NCBI RefSeq assembly: GCF_001194135.2
Contig: NC_068997.1
Span: 51,397,297-51,461,296, forward strand
Direction: 5' to 3'
Length of the DNA: 64,000 nucleotides
From: Octopus bimaculoides
Lineage: Eukaryota
The notes beneath the pieces were generated by a model, which did not search any database, had not been told where the DNA came from, and saw nothing but the letters and a program-made list of their open reading frames with translations. Position 1 is the stretch's first letter. Every line of letters starts with the position of its first letter. Of the stretch, positions 51,421 to 64,000 are shown one piece after another. Made by a program: the position numbers and the translations under genes.

Positions 51421-53309
51421 CGCCAATCCACTGCCTTAACACTGGGCCATTGCGCCTCCACGTGTGTGTGTGTGTGTGTATATATATGTATGTATGTGTG
51501 AATGTATGTGAGTTACATGACATTTCAGAAATACATGAGAAAAATCGAAAATTGGCAAAGATCTAGAAATATTTCTGANNNNNNNNNNNNNNNNNNNNNN
51601 NNNNNNNNNNNNNNNNNNNNNNNNNNNNNNNNNNNNNNNNNNNATATATATATATATATAATATAATATACTATTGATAAATGTTTCAGTTTGTGTGTGT
51701 ATATATATGTATGTATGTGTGAATGTATGTGAGTTACATGACATTTCAGAAATACATGAGAAAAATCGAAAATTGGCAAAGATCTAGAAATATTTCTGAA
51801 AAAAAAAACGTATTTGACTAAACATAAACACACACACACACACACCGCAACCACAAACACCATTATGCACATGGTTATCACCACCACCACCAAAACCACC
51901 ACCACCACCACCACCACCATCATCCACATGATCATAATTTAGTGAGAAATTAAACTCATAGCATCTCTCCACCGACCCATCGAAAGGAAGCCCTTGTTTC
52001 CTGAGCCAAAATGTAATACAGTATTTCACAGTAGCTGAATAGGAAGCTGGATATTTGAAATTTTCACAGCTGAGTGCATCTTTTATTGCTTACCTCCAAA
52101 CACTAAATCTCCGATTTCATGCATCGAGCATGCATGAAATCTTAACTACATTTCATTTGCCGCTAATTAATGCTGTTCCTTCAGTTATCCAAAGATTAAA
52201 TTAACACAAATTGACTGGAAACAATATTGATTACATCATAAAAGTACACAGTGTATGTAAATAATTGTATCAAGTTTACGGGAGAAATTTGCCAGGAAAT
52301 AGACGTAAATCGAATTCAAAATGTTTATCTTTTTATTTAGTTTGGAGATTGATATTTGCAAGAATTCCTTGGCTAAATGANNNNNNNNNNNNNNNNNNNN
52401 NNNNNNNNNNNNNNNNNNNNNNNNNNNNNNNNNNNNNNNNNNNNNNNNNNNNNNNNNNNNNNNNNNNNNNNNNNNNNNNNNNNNNNNNNNNNNNNNNNNN
52501 NNNNNNNNNNNNNNNNNNNNNNNNNNNNNNNNNNNNNNNNNNNNNNNNNNNNNNNNNNNNNNNNNNNNNNNNNNNNNNNNNNNNNNNNNNNNNNNNNNNN
52601 NNNNNNNNNNNNNNNNNNNNNNNNNNNNNNNNNNNNNNNNNNNNNNNNNNNNNNNNNNNNNNNNNNNNNNNNNNNNNNNNNNNNNNNNNNNNNNNNNNNN
52701 NNNNNNNNNNNNNNNNNNNNNNNNNNNNNNNNNNNNNNNNNNNNNNNNNNNNNNNNNNNNNNNNNNNNNNNNNNNNNNNNNNNNNNNNNNNNNNNNNNNN
52801 NNNNNNNNNNNNNNNNNNNNNNNNNNNNNNNNNNNNNNNNNNNNNNNNNATATATATATATATATATACTAGCTGGTGTACCCGGTAATTCCCGAAGGTA
52901 AAGATGTTCTATTGAAACGCCTTATTACTCTGATATAAGAAAGCAGTTTCGTTATAACTGCCACAAAAGGTGTCTTTTCCGCCACGAAAAAGTACAAAAA
53001 CTGTCAGCTGGAGGAGCGAGAGATTGTTGGAGGTTTGTTAGAGAGGTTTTCGGAGGTTGGCGAGGGAGGTTGTCGTTCACAGAAAAACTAAATGAAATTT
53101 AGCAATCGAGGATCGAATCCACGCTATGCCTGCATGAAGTCACTACAAATAGGGAAAAATTTTATCTACTGTCATGGAGAAAGTGTAACTGTAAAAATGC
53201 AGAATTTTCGGAGTAATGGGCATTCAAAGAAGTATGTATAGAAATGTATGAATTAAGAGATTCAAATTAAGGAAGTGCAATAATAATGTTTAGCAGTTCA
53301 AAACTGTGA

Positions 53310-54160
53310 GTAGTGAAATGCAGAATTTGGTCGGCTGATCGTGAGAATCAAATATTGATCGCATCGCTAAAAGCTGATGAAAGTAATTATGAGGTAAGAT
53401 AGTACATCTATTCAATCAACATATAAACTTAATGTAACAGGTTTGTTGCTTAAAATATCTAAAAAGTATCCAACATAAAATTAATATTATTTTTCATGTC
53501 TTTACTCAGGTTTTCGGTACATCTGGTGCAACTTTCGTGCGTCGCAGAGTTGGCTGAATATATGGTACCAACCGTAAAGCATGGATGGAGTTGGTCCTAT
53601 CATGGTGTGGGCCTGCATGTCTGTCACAGGACCCGGAGAAAATGCTTTTATGTCAGGGAAGGATGAATTCAGCTACCTATGCTTCTATGTTATCAGATGT
53701 TTTAGAGCCATCAAGTGCTTAATTGCATCCAGGAGTGTCGAAAAACAGTGTTATCTTTCAACAGGACAACGCTCCATGTCATACAGCAAAGAATACTCGT
53801 CAATGGTTTGAGACACAGGGTATTGTTCCCATGGACTTGCCAGCTCAAAGTCCCGATCGAACACCTATGGGGAACTATTGTTGAAGCTATCAGGAACACA
53901 ACAATTAAAAATAAAGAGCATTTGTACCAAATGTTGAGAAGAGAAGAATGGCGTAAAATTGCTTCTAGCACTTGCAAGAAATTAGTTGATACAATGCCTA
54001 ACTGTATAAAAGCGGTAACTGATGCTAAAGGAGGGTCAACCAGATATTAAAACTAATGTATATTGCGAAATATACCATAATCTACCATGTGTACGAGTTT
54101 CATTAACATTAAGATAGCAGAATCCCTAAACATTGGGGTGACCTAATACTTTTGGCACAC
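53310..54160 (+). mobile_element. Decayed DD34E Tc1-like transposon, 3' half, with a putative intron at 53394-53509
   Basis: DESNYE|VFGTSGATFVRRRVG...PTVKH.G.GPIMVWACMS...VIFQQDNAPCHTAKNTRQWF...PAQSPD[frameshifting deletion]IEHLW...KAVTDAKGGSTRY*; TIR-like GGGGTGACCTAATACTTTTGGCAC at 54135-54160. DD34E spacing assumes LNP is restored. Confidence 0.9.
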
Positions 54161-55569
54161 ATATATACGTACATATAATCTCTCTCTCTCTCTCTCTCTC
54201 ACTCACACACACACACACACACACACGAAACTAATCAATTGATTAGTTTCCTATCTATGTATGCTAGCATGCATGACACGTTACTAATTCGTGTATTGGG
54301 TCAGAAATTGTTTCCGCATTAATTGTTTCCTAAACTCTGTGAATTGAGACGTAGAACCAGAGTTCTGCGTTCGAGGCACATCAACGAGCAGAAAAATAGG
54401 AAACGTTGTAATGTTATTACAACTCTTACAAGAATCGGAACCACATTTTTGGTATCGTATGCATCCAATTTGATACTAACTCCCACACGAACATGTTTTC
54501 GATCCCCTCATTTCGATTCCTCTCAAAATCTACGCTGTGCCAAATCATTCCATCACATCAGGAAACACCACAGCTAATCCTTTCTTTCAAAACCGTCATT
54601 CTTCTGATATGTTATTTCCGCAGCATTTGTGTTGCAGTATTTCAAGCGTATCATTAACGGTTTTAATTACTCAACCGTATCTGAAATTTAATCTGGCACT
54701 CGATTTAATTAGCTCTCAGTAACGGACTCGTCGAATGAGCAGTGATTAAAACTGGCCTTACACAAAACTGGAGGTTTGTGCAGCAGTCTATGTACGGTAC
54801 CCAGCCAGATTATAAAACAAAGACAAAACCTATCAAAAGCGAATTAACTTCTCAAGATCCAGTGCTGACCATATCTTAAAGAAGAGAAGAAAATGCAGCC
54901 ACCCGTATTAACAAACCCAATGAAACGCCGGAGTGGAATAATTAACATTATACCGGTCCGAGCGGTGCGTCGAATTCTTGAGCAAAACACTTCATTTCAT
55001 AAATGCAATTCTATATTTCTGAGACGAGGAATTTTTATATCATGCATTTCATCTTGGTTGTTTCTTTCACTGCGTTTCGGCTGTATAAGCCCCATCCTCA
55101 TTAAAATGTCCGGTGGTTCAGCTTTGAACTGAACTTAGAACCTCTAGGTAACTGCACTGCATTTCAGCACCTTTATCCGCTACGCTATGCCCGCAGGCAG
55201 CGTCAGAGTGTATTGTTAAGGCTTATAAACCTCCACTGATGTCATATGTCGGCTCCGTTCCAATCGTTTCAAATACAATTCTATATTTCTGAAACGAGCA
55301 AATTTTATGTTACGTGTTAGTCGAAGTGGTATCCTCGTCATGGTCGTTGCCCCGACTCATACATAACTTCCTTTCATATTGGTCCAATCCGCTCAGCTGC
55401 AAATGAGTAACTCTGTGAGGAACGAGCGTTCAGTTCATGGGGAAATGTTGTGATCTCGGTCTCTCATACACCATAGAAACCGGGTAAAAGGGCCATATGA
55501 ATCCTAAGACTTGTGACAATAATGTCAAACGGCTTACTCTTTTCCTTTTTTTTTTTTAACGGTACCGGG

Positions 55570-55700
55570 TTCGGATCTTTGTGTTTTTCGTCACAGTTTA
55601 CAATTATCGTTAAAAATTTCTTCAATGTATCATACAGATGTAATTTTTGACGATGAATCCGAATTTCTTGTTCATTTATTCCAGAAAAGTTTTGCAAAAA
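55570..55700 (-). mobile_element. Short mariner-like transposase remnant
   Basis: EQEIRIHRQKLHLYDTLKKFLTIIVNCDEKHKDPNP resembles mariner ..R...C..LL.....FL.RIVTxDEKW..Y.NP. Confidence 0.4.
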
Positions 55701-56274
55701 TGTTACAGGTATTCAAAGTTTGATAATTTTCAAAATTTTCAGTCAATCAAACACAATTATAAACAGTGACGAAAGCCACAAAGATACCCGGGTTCATAAA
55801 GACAGCCAAATATCGAGGAGGGTGGGAAGAACTGGTAAAAATTTTCAGGTGACCCAAAAGCTAAATGTTATGGGAACGACCAAATTGAATTACTACTTGT
55901 ATTTTTTTCTTATTTTATTTGCTTATTTTACCAGTGTTTATCTCGATATTTTATCAATCCCTCCGCGAGTAAAAGCGATTCTTTGTTATTTGCAGGTGTT
56001 GTTAGAAATTAGGTGATTAATACGGGATTTAGGGGCAAAAATAGAAGAAAACAAAAGAGAAAATGATGTAAAAGAAGGTAAAAATTCGGATCCAATCTGC
56101 AAGCTGTAACATTGGCGCAGGCCTTATCAGACACAAATATCTATCGCAGCACGTTGTATATTTGTTCTAGATTATTCGGAAATATAAGAAGAGTGAGAAG
56201 TATGGGGAAGTTAGGGTTTTGTGACATCGGAGAAGGAAATTGAAACCGGGATATACTGGCAAAATAAGATGATA

Positions 56275-56725
56275 TGAGGAGAGAGAGAGGGGGGATAAAG
56301 AGAGAGCGACAAGGAGAGAAAGAGAGAGAAAGAACGAGAGGGGGAGAGAAAGAAAGAAAGAGAAAAATAACGAAGGGGGGCAGCGAAAAAAGAGAGAGAA
56401 AGAAAGAACGAGAGAGAAGGAGAAAGAAAGAACGAGAGGGAAAGAAAGAGAAAAGAACGAGAGAGAGAAAGAACGAGAGGTAGAGAGAGAGAAAATGGAG
56501 AGAGAAAGAACGTGAGGGAGAGACGGAGATAGAAAGAAGGAGAGAGAAAGAGAAAGAAAGGAGAGAGAGAGAGAGAGAGCGAAAGAAGGAGAGAGAGAGA
56601 TAGAGAGAGAAAGAAAGGAGAGAGAGAGAGAGAGAGAGAGAAAGGAGAGAGAGAAAGAATGAGCGGGAGAGAGAGAGAAAGAATGAGCGGGAGAGAGAGA
56701 GAAAGAATGAGAGAGAAATAACGAG
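56275..56725. repeat. (GA)-rich polypurine tract followed by a pyrimidine-rich tract to about 57170
   Basis: Directly visible. Confidence 0.9.
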
Positions 56726-58266
56726 AGGGACATGTGGGGTAAGAGGAAGCCATAGATAGAGTAGGGTTAATGTGAAGATGAAAGAGAAGGAACAATGTGG
56801 AGATATATGAAAGATTCAGAGACGTCCTTTCTCCCACTAAACTCATTTCCCTTTTGTGTTCCCTCATATCTCATCTTTTTTCTTTGATAGCACAAATATT
56901 TCTTTCTTTCTTTGTTGTTTGTTGGAATATTTGTTTACTAGTTTCTTTCTTTCTTTCTTTCTTTCATTCATTCCTCTCTTCCGTCCTTATTTGCTTATTT
57001 CTTTCATCTTTCTTTTCTCCCCTTTGATGGTTTGTTTGTTTGTTTGTTATTTCCCACCTCCATCCGCCTCAGTCCCTCTATCTCTTCCTCCTTCATTCTG
57101 CCCCCACCCGCTCATTCTCCCTCTCTCCATCTCTCTCTGTCTCATTCTCACTTTCTCTTTCTCTCCATGGTAAATATCCACGACGGAAACAAAATGGAGA
57201 ACGTTGTCTCTCAGACCCTCTGAGACGTTTTATTTTACGGAACTTTATCGAAATATTTTATTTATATTTTATTGTTCTTGTCATTATTGTTCTTATCGCT
57301 GTTGTTGTTATTGTATGGAAAGAAATTAGACGCCATGGGAAAGTTGGTAGACAAAGGAACTGTAGTAGTCCGATATATAAGTTCAGGCTGGGTCTGGCTG
57401 AGCTGTTCTGGGACCAATCTACGTCGGTTGCTGGGATCCACTTCAGCGGTGGAGTTTCATAATAACGATATCACACGCAGCAATATGTGTAAGTGTGTGA
57501 GGATCGGTAACAGGAGATGTTTGTGTCGGCTAAACAAGGATAATGATGTAGTAGGAGGAAGAGATAGGAGTAGAAGTGATAGATATAGCACAGAGAGAGG
57601 GGGACGTAATAAAATGGTGGAAAGTGAGAGAGAAGAGAACTTAGCTTAAGGCATCAGATGGAGAATTGGAGCGGCAATTTAAATGGAAGATAGAAAGGAA
57701 ATAGAGAGGGAAGAAGAAGAATATAATAGGAATAACTGTAAGGGGTATTAGGAGAAGAGAAGTACATTTAGGACGGAAAAGGTACGAATAAGTTAGGGAG
57801 GGAGAAAAAAGAAGAAAAAGATTATGAAGATAAGATAAGGAAAGATTTCATAAATTTAAATATATAATATATAAATATATAAATGAAACTGGAAGAAATC
57901 TAGAGGGGAAATAAATATGGCTTTCTTTATGGGTGGTCACCGTGTTCTCTGAGATATATACTTATNNNNNNNNNNNNNNNNNNNNNNNNNNNNNNNNNNN
58001 NNNNNNNNNNNNNNNNNNNNNNNNNNNNNNNNNNNNNNNNNNNNNNNNNNNNNNNNNNNNNNNNNNNNNNTATATATATATATATGTATATGCGCGTATA
58101 CACACACATATGTTTGAGTATTTGAAATAATGTTAAGACCGTTGGATATGAAACGCGAGTAGAAGCCGAATACTTAGTTTAAACAAATATACGATAGGAC
58201 TTAATATCCCGAATTGCCTATTCATTTATAAACTAGCTTTTGAGTATGTACAGGTATATACAAATA

Positions 58267-58300
58267 CAGGGTGGTCCAAAAGTCACTAAACCATTTTAAA
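58267..58300 (+). mobile_element. Isolated Tc1/mariner-type left end
   Basis: TA|CAGGGTGGTCCAAAAGT has the same start as the maT element at 42184; no partner TIR found. Confidence 0.4.
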
Positions 58301-58509
58301 CTATAATAACTTTTTTTACAATTAATTTTTGGAAATTTGTTTTTTCTTCCGATTATTGAAATGTAATTCTTGGAAAATAATCATGGAGAAATTCACTACA
58401 GAGCATGAAATAAAAGTCATCAAATTTTATCAACTAAAATCAACGATCAATTGTGCTAACTTAAAGATCTTACATTTGTAATTTTCGTATATATATATAT
58501 ATGCAACTG

Positions 58510-58825
58510 GTACTCCGTCGGTTACGACTATGAGGGTTCCAGTTGATCAATATCAACGGAACAGCCTGCACATGAAATTAATGTGCAAGTGGCTGAACAC
58601 TCCACAGACATGCGCACCCTTAACGTAGTTCTCAGGGAGATTCGGTGTGACACAGAATGAGACAAAGCTGACCCTTTGAAATACAGGTACTACTTATTAT
58701 TGCTAGCTGGGTGGATCGGAACAACGAGCATGTGAAATAAAGTGTCTTTCTCAAGGAGACAACGCGTCGCCGGGAATCGAACTCATCACCGAAAGATCGT
58801 GAGTCGAATCACCCCTAACCATATA
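58510..58825 (-). mobile_element. SINE sharing the family C 3' body but with a different tRNA-like head
   Basis: Body matches 39520-39700; minus-strand head GGTTAGGGGTGATTCGACTC...GAGTTCGATTCCCGG...TCCTTGAGAAAGACACTT. Confidence 0.75.
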
Positions 58826-58872
58826 TATGCATACACACACACACATATATATATATACTTATATATACATGC

Positions 58873-58917
<45 letters not shown>

Positions 58918-59573
58918 TATACTTATATACATACTTATATATATACATATACGTACATAGACTTACATATATATGCATATGTATACACGTATATATACAT
59001 ACGCCACACACACATATATATATACATACACACTCAAACATACATGCATACGCATACATTTATTTTACAGGGAAATAGATAGAACCAATGCGAGAGAGAT
59101 AATCAGAGGGAGTGAGAGAGATATAAAAGTTAAACAGGGAGTGAAGGGGTAAATGTAACGGCAAAACACTGCAAGAATCTCACGAAATGAGAGAAAAATA
59201 TAAAAAAAAACATGGCGACTAAAGAAGAGAAATAGACTTCAACAAATCGCTAAAGAAGGTCTCGAATTATTGCTTAGAAACACAAGATTATATAAATAAA
59301 CACCAAGAACAAGATATCTCTATAAATGTAATGGACGTTTAGTCTTTCTCGGTGTTTCTTTCTTCCAATTATTTTCACCAAATTTCACACTGGAATACAC
59401 TGAATGGCCTCGCTAGTGTTACTGCGATTTTTCTTGATGAGTCGCACAAATATTTCTTTAAAGAATGGCTGATTTATTCATTTGTATTGGTCACAATTTA
59501 TCATTGGTCATTATTTCGTTCAGATGTGAGTCAAGCACCGGATGACCTGTAAATTAGTATACGTGCGTGAAAA

Positions 59574-59970
59574 GGCGGCGAGCTGGCAGAATCGTTAGCA
59601 CGCCGGGCGAAATGCTTAGCGGTATTTCGTCTGCCGTTACGTTCTGAGTTCAAATTCCGCCGAGGTCGACTTTGCCTTTCACCCTTTCGGGGTCGATAAA
59701 TTAAGTACCAGTTACGCACTGGGTCGATGTAATCGACTTAATCCGTTCGTCTGTTCTTGTTTGTTCCCTCTACGTTTAGCCCCTTGTGGGTAATAACGAA
59801 ATAGGTATTTCGTCTGTTTTTACGTTCTGAGTTCAATTTCCGCCGAGGTCGACTTTATCTTTCATCCTTTCGGGGTCCCTTAATTAAGTACCAGTTGCGT
59901 AATGGGGTCGATCTAATCGACTGGACCCCTCCCCAAAATTTCGGGTCTTGTGCCTAGAGTAGAAAAGCAA
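59574..59970 (+). mobile_element. SINE family A dimer (long-tail copy 59574-59803 plus headless copy 59804-59970)
   Basis: The second unit restarts at GGTATTTCGTCTG, which also occurs at 59621-59633. Confidence 0.9.
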
Positions 59971-60836
59971 AGAAACGTTATATATATATATATATNNNNN
60001 NNNNNNNNNNNNNNNNNNNNNNNNNNNNNNNNNNNNNNNNNNNNNNNNNNNNNNNNNNNNNNNNNNNNNNNNNNNNNNNNNNNNNNNNNNNNNNNNNNNN
60101 NNNNNNNNNNNNNNNNNNNNNNNNNNNNNNNNNNNNNNNNNNNNNNNNNNNNNNNNNNNNNNNNNNNNNNNNNNNNNNNNNNNNNNNNNNNNNNNNNNNN
60201 NNNNNNNNNNNNNNNNNNNNNNNNNNNNNNNNNNNNNNNNNNNNNNNNNNNNNNNNNNNNNNNNNNNNNNNNNNNNNNNNNNNNNNNNNNNNNNNNNNNN
60301 NNNNNNNNNNNNNNNNNNNNNNNNNNNNNNNNNNNNNNNNNNNNNNNNNNNNNNNNNNNNNNNNNNNNNNNNNNNNNNNNNNNNNNNNNNNNNNNNNNNN
60401 NNNNNNNNNNNNNNNNNNNNNNNNNNNNNNNNNNNNNNNNNNNNNNNNNNNNNNNNNNNNNNNNNNNNNNNNNNNNNNNNNNNNNNNNNNNNNNNNNNNN
60501 NNNNNNNNNNNNNNNNNNNNNNNNNNNNNNNNNNNNNNNNNNNNNNNNNNNNNNNNNNNNNNNNNNNNNNNNNNNNNNNNNNNNNNNNNNNNNNNNNNNN
60601 NNNNNNNNNNNNNNNNNNNNNNNNNNNNNNNNNNNNNNNNNNNNNNNNNNNNNNNNNNNNNNNNNNNNNNNNNNNNNNNNNNNNNNNNNNNNNNNNNNNN
60701 NNNNNNNNNNNNNNNNNNNNNNNNNNNNNNNNNNNNNNNNNNNNNNNNNNNNNNNNNNNNNNNNNNNNNNNNNNNNNNNNNNNNNNNNNNNNNNNNNNNN
60801 NNNNNNNNNNNNNNNNNNNNNNNNNNNNNNNNNNNN

Positions 60837-60885
<49 letters not shown>

Positions 60886-61339
60886 ACCACAGCCTTTGGG
60901 CTGAAACGTATACAAGAATTTAAAAATAAACACATTTTATCAGATAATCACAGATCTCTATATATATGTAATTGTCAATATTTCGGTTCAGACCGAAATT
61001 TTGCTTTTCTTGAGATTAAGCGCCAGTGATGCAGTAGACCTGCTATTTTCAGGGTTTGGCCTCCACATCCCTAAAGAAAACCTTGCTGATAGGCTCTTCG
61101 AATGTAACGACAGATTATGTGTATTGTGTTGCGTTTATGGTTCTTTGCCTTGGTATTTTGCAGAATAGCTGTACTTTATCAGGATAATGTTGTATGATGC
61201 AGTATTTACGACAGAAGTATTAAAAGATAGTGGTCAGGGGTGGCTAGGTGCAACCACAAAAGTTCTCTTCTTGTGCTCCAGCTGGTACTTTGCCAGTTGA
61301 ATTATCGTGAAGATCATTGGTAGAATTTTAGCAATTGGT

Positions 61340-61600
61340 AATGCTCATACATACAAAACTTACACAGGAGCTACAGAAATCAGTTTTAAAACGAGACCCT
61401 ATTTACAAATAAAATTCTTTCAAAATTCCATAGAAAAGTCCTCATCGGGTTTATCAATAAACATATGGCAACTAAAAGAACAAGGTTCCGCCTCCTTCCA
61501 GATACAACGAGAATTCCTAAAGGAGTCATGACCAAAAACGCTGAGAATGGCTGCCCAAGACGACTGTTATCATTCAGTACAATGCTCGTAACTACTCCAC
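61340..61600 (+). mobile_element. Penelope-like element GIY-YIG endonuclease remnant
   Basis: YKTYTGATEISFKTRPYLQIKFFQNSIEKSSSGLSINIWQLKEQGSASFQIQREFLKES resembles PLE YIG.TE..FK.R...H..SF......T.LS..IW.LK....I.W.IL; an NVV(Y)DAVFTT-like segment lies near 61185. Confidence 0.55.
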
Positions 61601-63179
61601 CTGGTTTTGATATCTTGAGATCATGCTTCCTTTTCATCGCTTTTTGGTTGAAAGTAAGCATCCTTTATTATACTTTTACAGAATCGATCTGTTTAAAGTT
61701 TATAGTTTTTTTTTATACATTATTCACATGATGGACTTCTAATTGGTTTTGATGTATAAACGCCCTGTTGTTCAACCAAATGTGCAACCTATTCGTTGAA
61801 TTACCGTGCCAGGTGGCCAAGTATTCCACAGACACGTACTCTCAAAGCAATTTTTAATTACAGATATAGCCCATACGACGTACTCCCAGACTGATTTCAT
61901 TTGCTCAAAATCACTTTCAACCCAGAGGTTGTTCCAAAGTTATGAAGACACTTACCAAAAATGCTTCGTATTAGGACCAAACTCAATACTTCATAGTTGT
62001 GAAGCAAAACTCTTAACCATTCGTTTATGTATATGCCTTCAAATCTAATACGATTGAAGAGTTGGTCGATATTCACCTTTGAAAACTGCAGCTCATAGAT
62101 TTCAGAACAGAAATATTTGAAGTAACGATGGTGGGGTGATCATCGGAATTCTTGTAACAAAATGAAGCATTTGAATGAAGCATCTCTAAAATCATTCATG
62201 GACCTAGCAGGAGTGTTACTATTGATCATATGTTACCCGGAAAGAGGCGGAAAACCTGTTAAGGGTCATACAAAGATTTTGAAATGGGAATAAGTAGAAT
62301 GTGTGGCATTGAAGAGGAAACAATACCAGTAATTATTTGAACGCTAGATATGATGAAAAAAAGTATTAACTAAAACTTAACGGCGAGACCATGGTTCACA
62401 ATATTACGCAAAATCATAAATATAGGGCTGATAGGAAAGGCCCACATTTTAAGCACGTAGAATGAGGACTGCATTCTCTTAGTTCATTTGTTCTTCAACC
62501 ATGGAAGTTCTGTCAGAGGTTCTCAAACGCCCGTGTGTGGTTTTGAACAACGTTGCATATTAAGTTTAACAATAAAAGTGACAGCGTATTTTGTGTGAAA
62601 TAGTTTCAACCGAAAATCACAACAGCACTAAAAACATTGATTTCACGTGATAGAATTTCCATCTCGTTAGCTTCAATATTTGCAATGAGGTTGAGTTCAA
62701 CAAGAGCAATCTGCAGCCAAATCGTTCTGGTGCATTCCGGTGGTGTATCTTCTTACAACCTTTGTTAATCATGAGAACATTTGCGGCATCAGAAACAATG
62801 CATGTTTAGACTAGTTGCTTTCAAGCATAAACTGCCATGTTGCCCTATTATTTTTATTCGAATGTGCGTACGTGTGTACGTGAATAAAGGAGACTTTGAT
62901 ATAGGTTGATGTCTACGAATATATATATATATCTATGTATGTATTTTAGTGATGGCGTAATTTTGTTTGTTTGTTTGTTTTGGTATATGAAAATGTGTGG
63001 CGCGGATGAGTTGGAGGGTGTTTGAAAAAGAAAAACAAAGAGAGAAAGACAAAGAATTTACGTAACTTCTGGAAAAATCTAAATTTCATTCTTTGGTAAT
63101 TGATAATCAACTGGTGCTAGTTGTGACAAAAAGTCAAAATATAGTGTCTGGTTACAATATCTTTGTGGCAATATACACC

Positions 63180-63458
63180 CTATCTCCTTCTCACATACAA
63201 ACACACACACACACACGCTCACACATCCATATATACCTATAGACATACATATGTATACATATAATGTATATATACATATATGTATATATACATATATATA
63301 CCTATATATACATATATGTACACATATATACATATATGTACACATATATAAACATACGTATATAATAAGCATATAAGCATATGTGTGAATATGATATATA
63401 TTTACATACATTTGCTTATTTGTATAAAAAATATATGTGAACAATACTTATATGTATG

Positions 63459-63541
<83 letters not shown>

Positions 63542-64000
63542 GTATATATAAATATATATACATATACATACATATACATATATATACATGGATATATATA
63601 TATGAATATATATATAAATAAAATGAATATATATTGCATGTGTGAGTGTGTGTATCTAACTGTGGATATGTTCACATGGATATAACACACGCACATACAC
63701 ACATACATATATATATACATAATCATGTGCGCAAATATATTTATACGTATGTATGGTTATTTTTGCACACACATACGTACATACACATCCACATTTGTAC
63801 ATATTTATGTATGTTTAAGCATAATCTTTTAAGCATGTATATATTCTGACATTATATATACAAACATGTCACTGTATAAACTACATATTGATACCAGAGC
63901 ATATGCAACGATATAAAATCTACAGCAAAAAATTTTAAAATTTACATACATAAACAATATAAGTACATATACATATAAATAATTATATATATATATATAT
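63180..64000. repeat. (TA)n/(TACA)n microsatellite field
   Basis: Directly visible. Confidence 0.9.

Noticed and set aside
51470-51800. Identical 110-bp duplication on both sides of a short gap
   Set aside because: Typical unmerged contig overlap.
55742-55832. Exon-like QSNTIINSDESHKDTRVHKDSQISRRVGRT
   Set aside because: Splice signals are fair, but it is isolated, adjacent to a mariner remnant and has no recognisable homology.
719-59970. tRNA-like A/B box heads as tRNA genes
   Set aside because: No cloverleaf, and each runs into a multi-copy SINE body.
269-63849. Most ORFs in the supplied track (YI/HT/CV/SL-rich and X-filled)
   Set aside because: They are translations of microsatellites or N gaps, not genes.

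Overview
Eukaryotic, AT-rich, repeat-dominated draft sequence with many N gaps. The dense (CA)n/(TA)n/(GA)n microsatellites and four recurring tRNA-headed SINE-like families look like an octopod (Octopus-like) genome; this is inferred from repeat style, not from a database match. No rRNA, true tRNA, CRISPR array or intact long CDS is visible, and almost all listed ORFs are microsatellite or N-gap artefacts. Decayed transposons recognisable from translated motifs are a DD37D (maT-type) Tc1/mariner with a SINE inserted in it (16-bp TSD), a DD34E Tc1-like transposase apparently split by a GT-AG intron, a hAT MITE with an 8-bp TSD, three RTE LINE fragments, and weaker Gypsy, Penelope and mariner remnants. 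Several short exon-like segments with good splice signals and compatible phases suggest one or more host genes with long introns on both strands, but no product is recognised and these models are low confidence. The most interesting leads are the intron-containing Tc1, a 24-nt microexon candidate with UGC motifs, a possible secreted precursor (acidic pro-region, then KR-Q), SINE self-insertion dimers, a SINE-head/RTE-tail chimera and a hairpin carrying a let-7-type seed.
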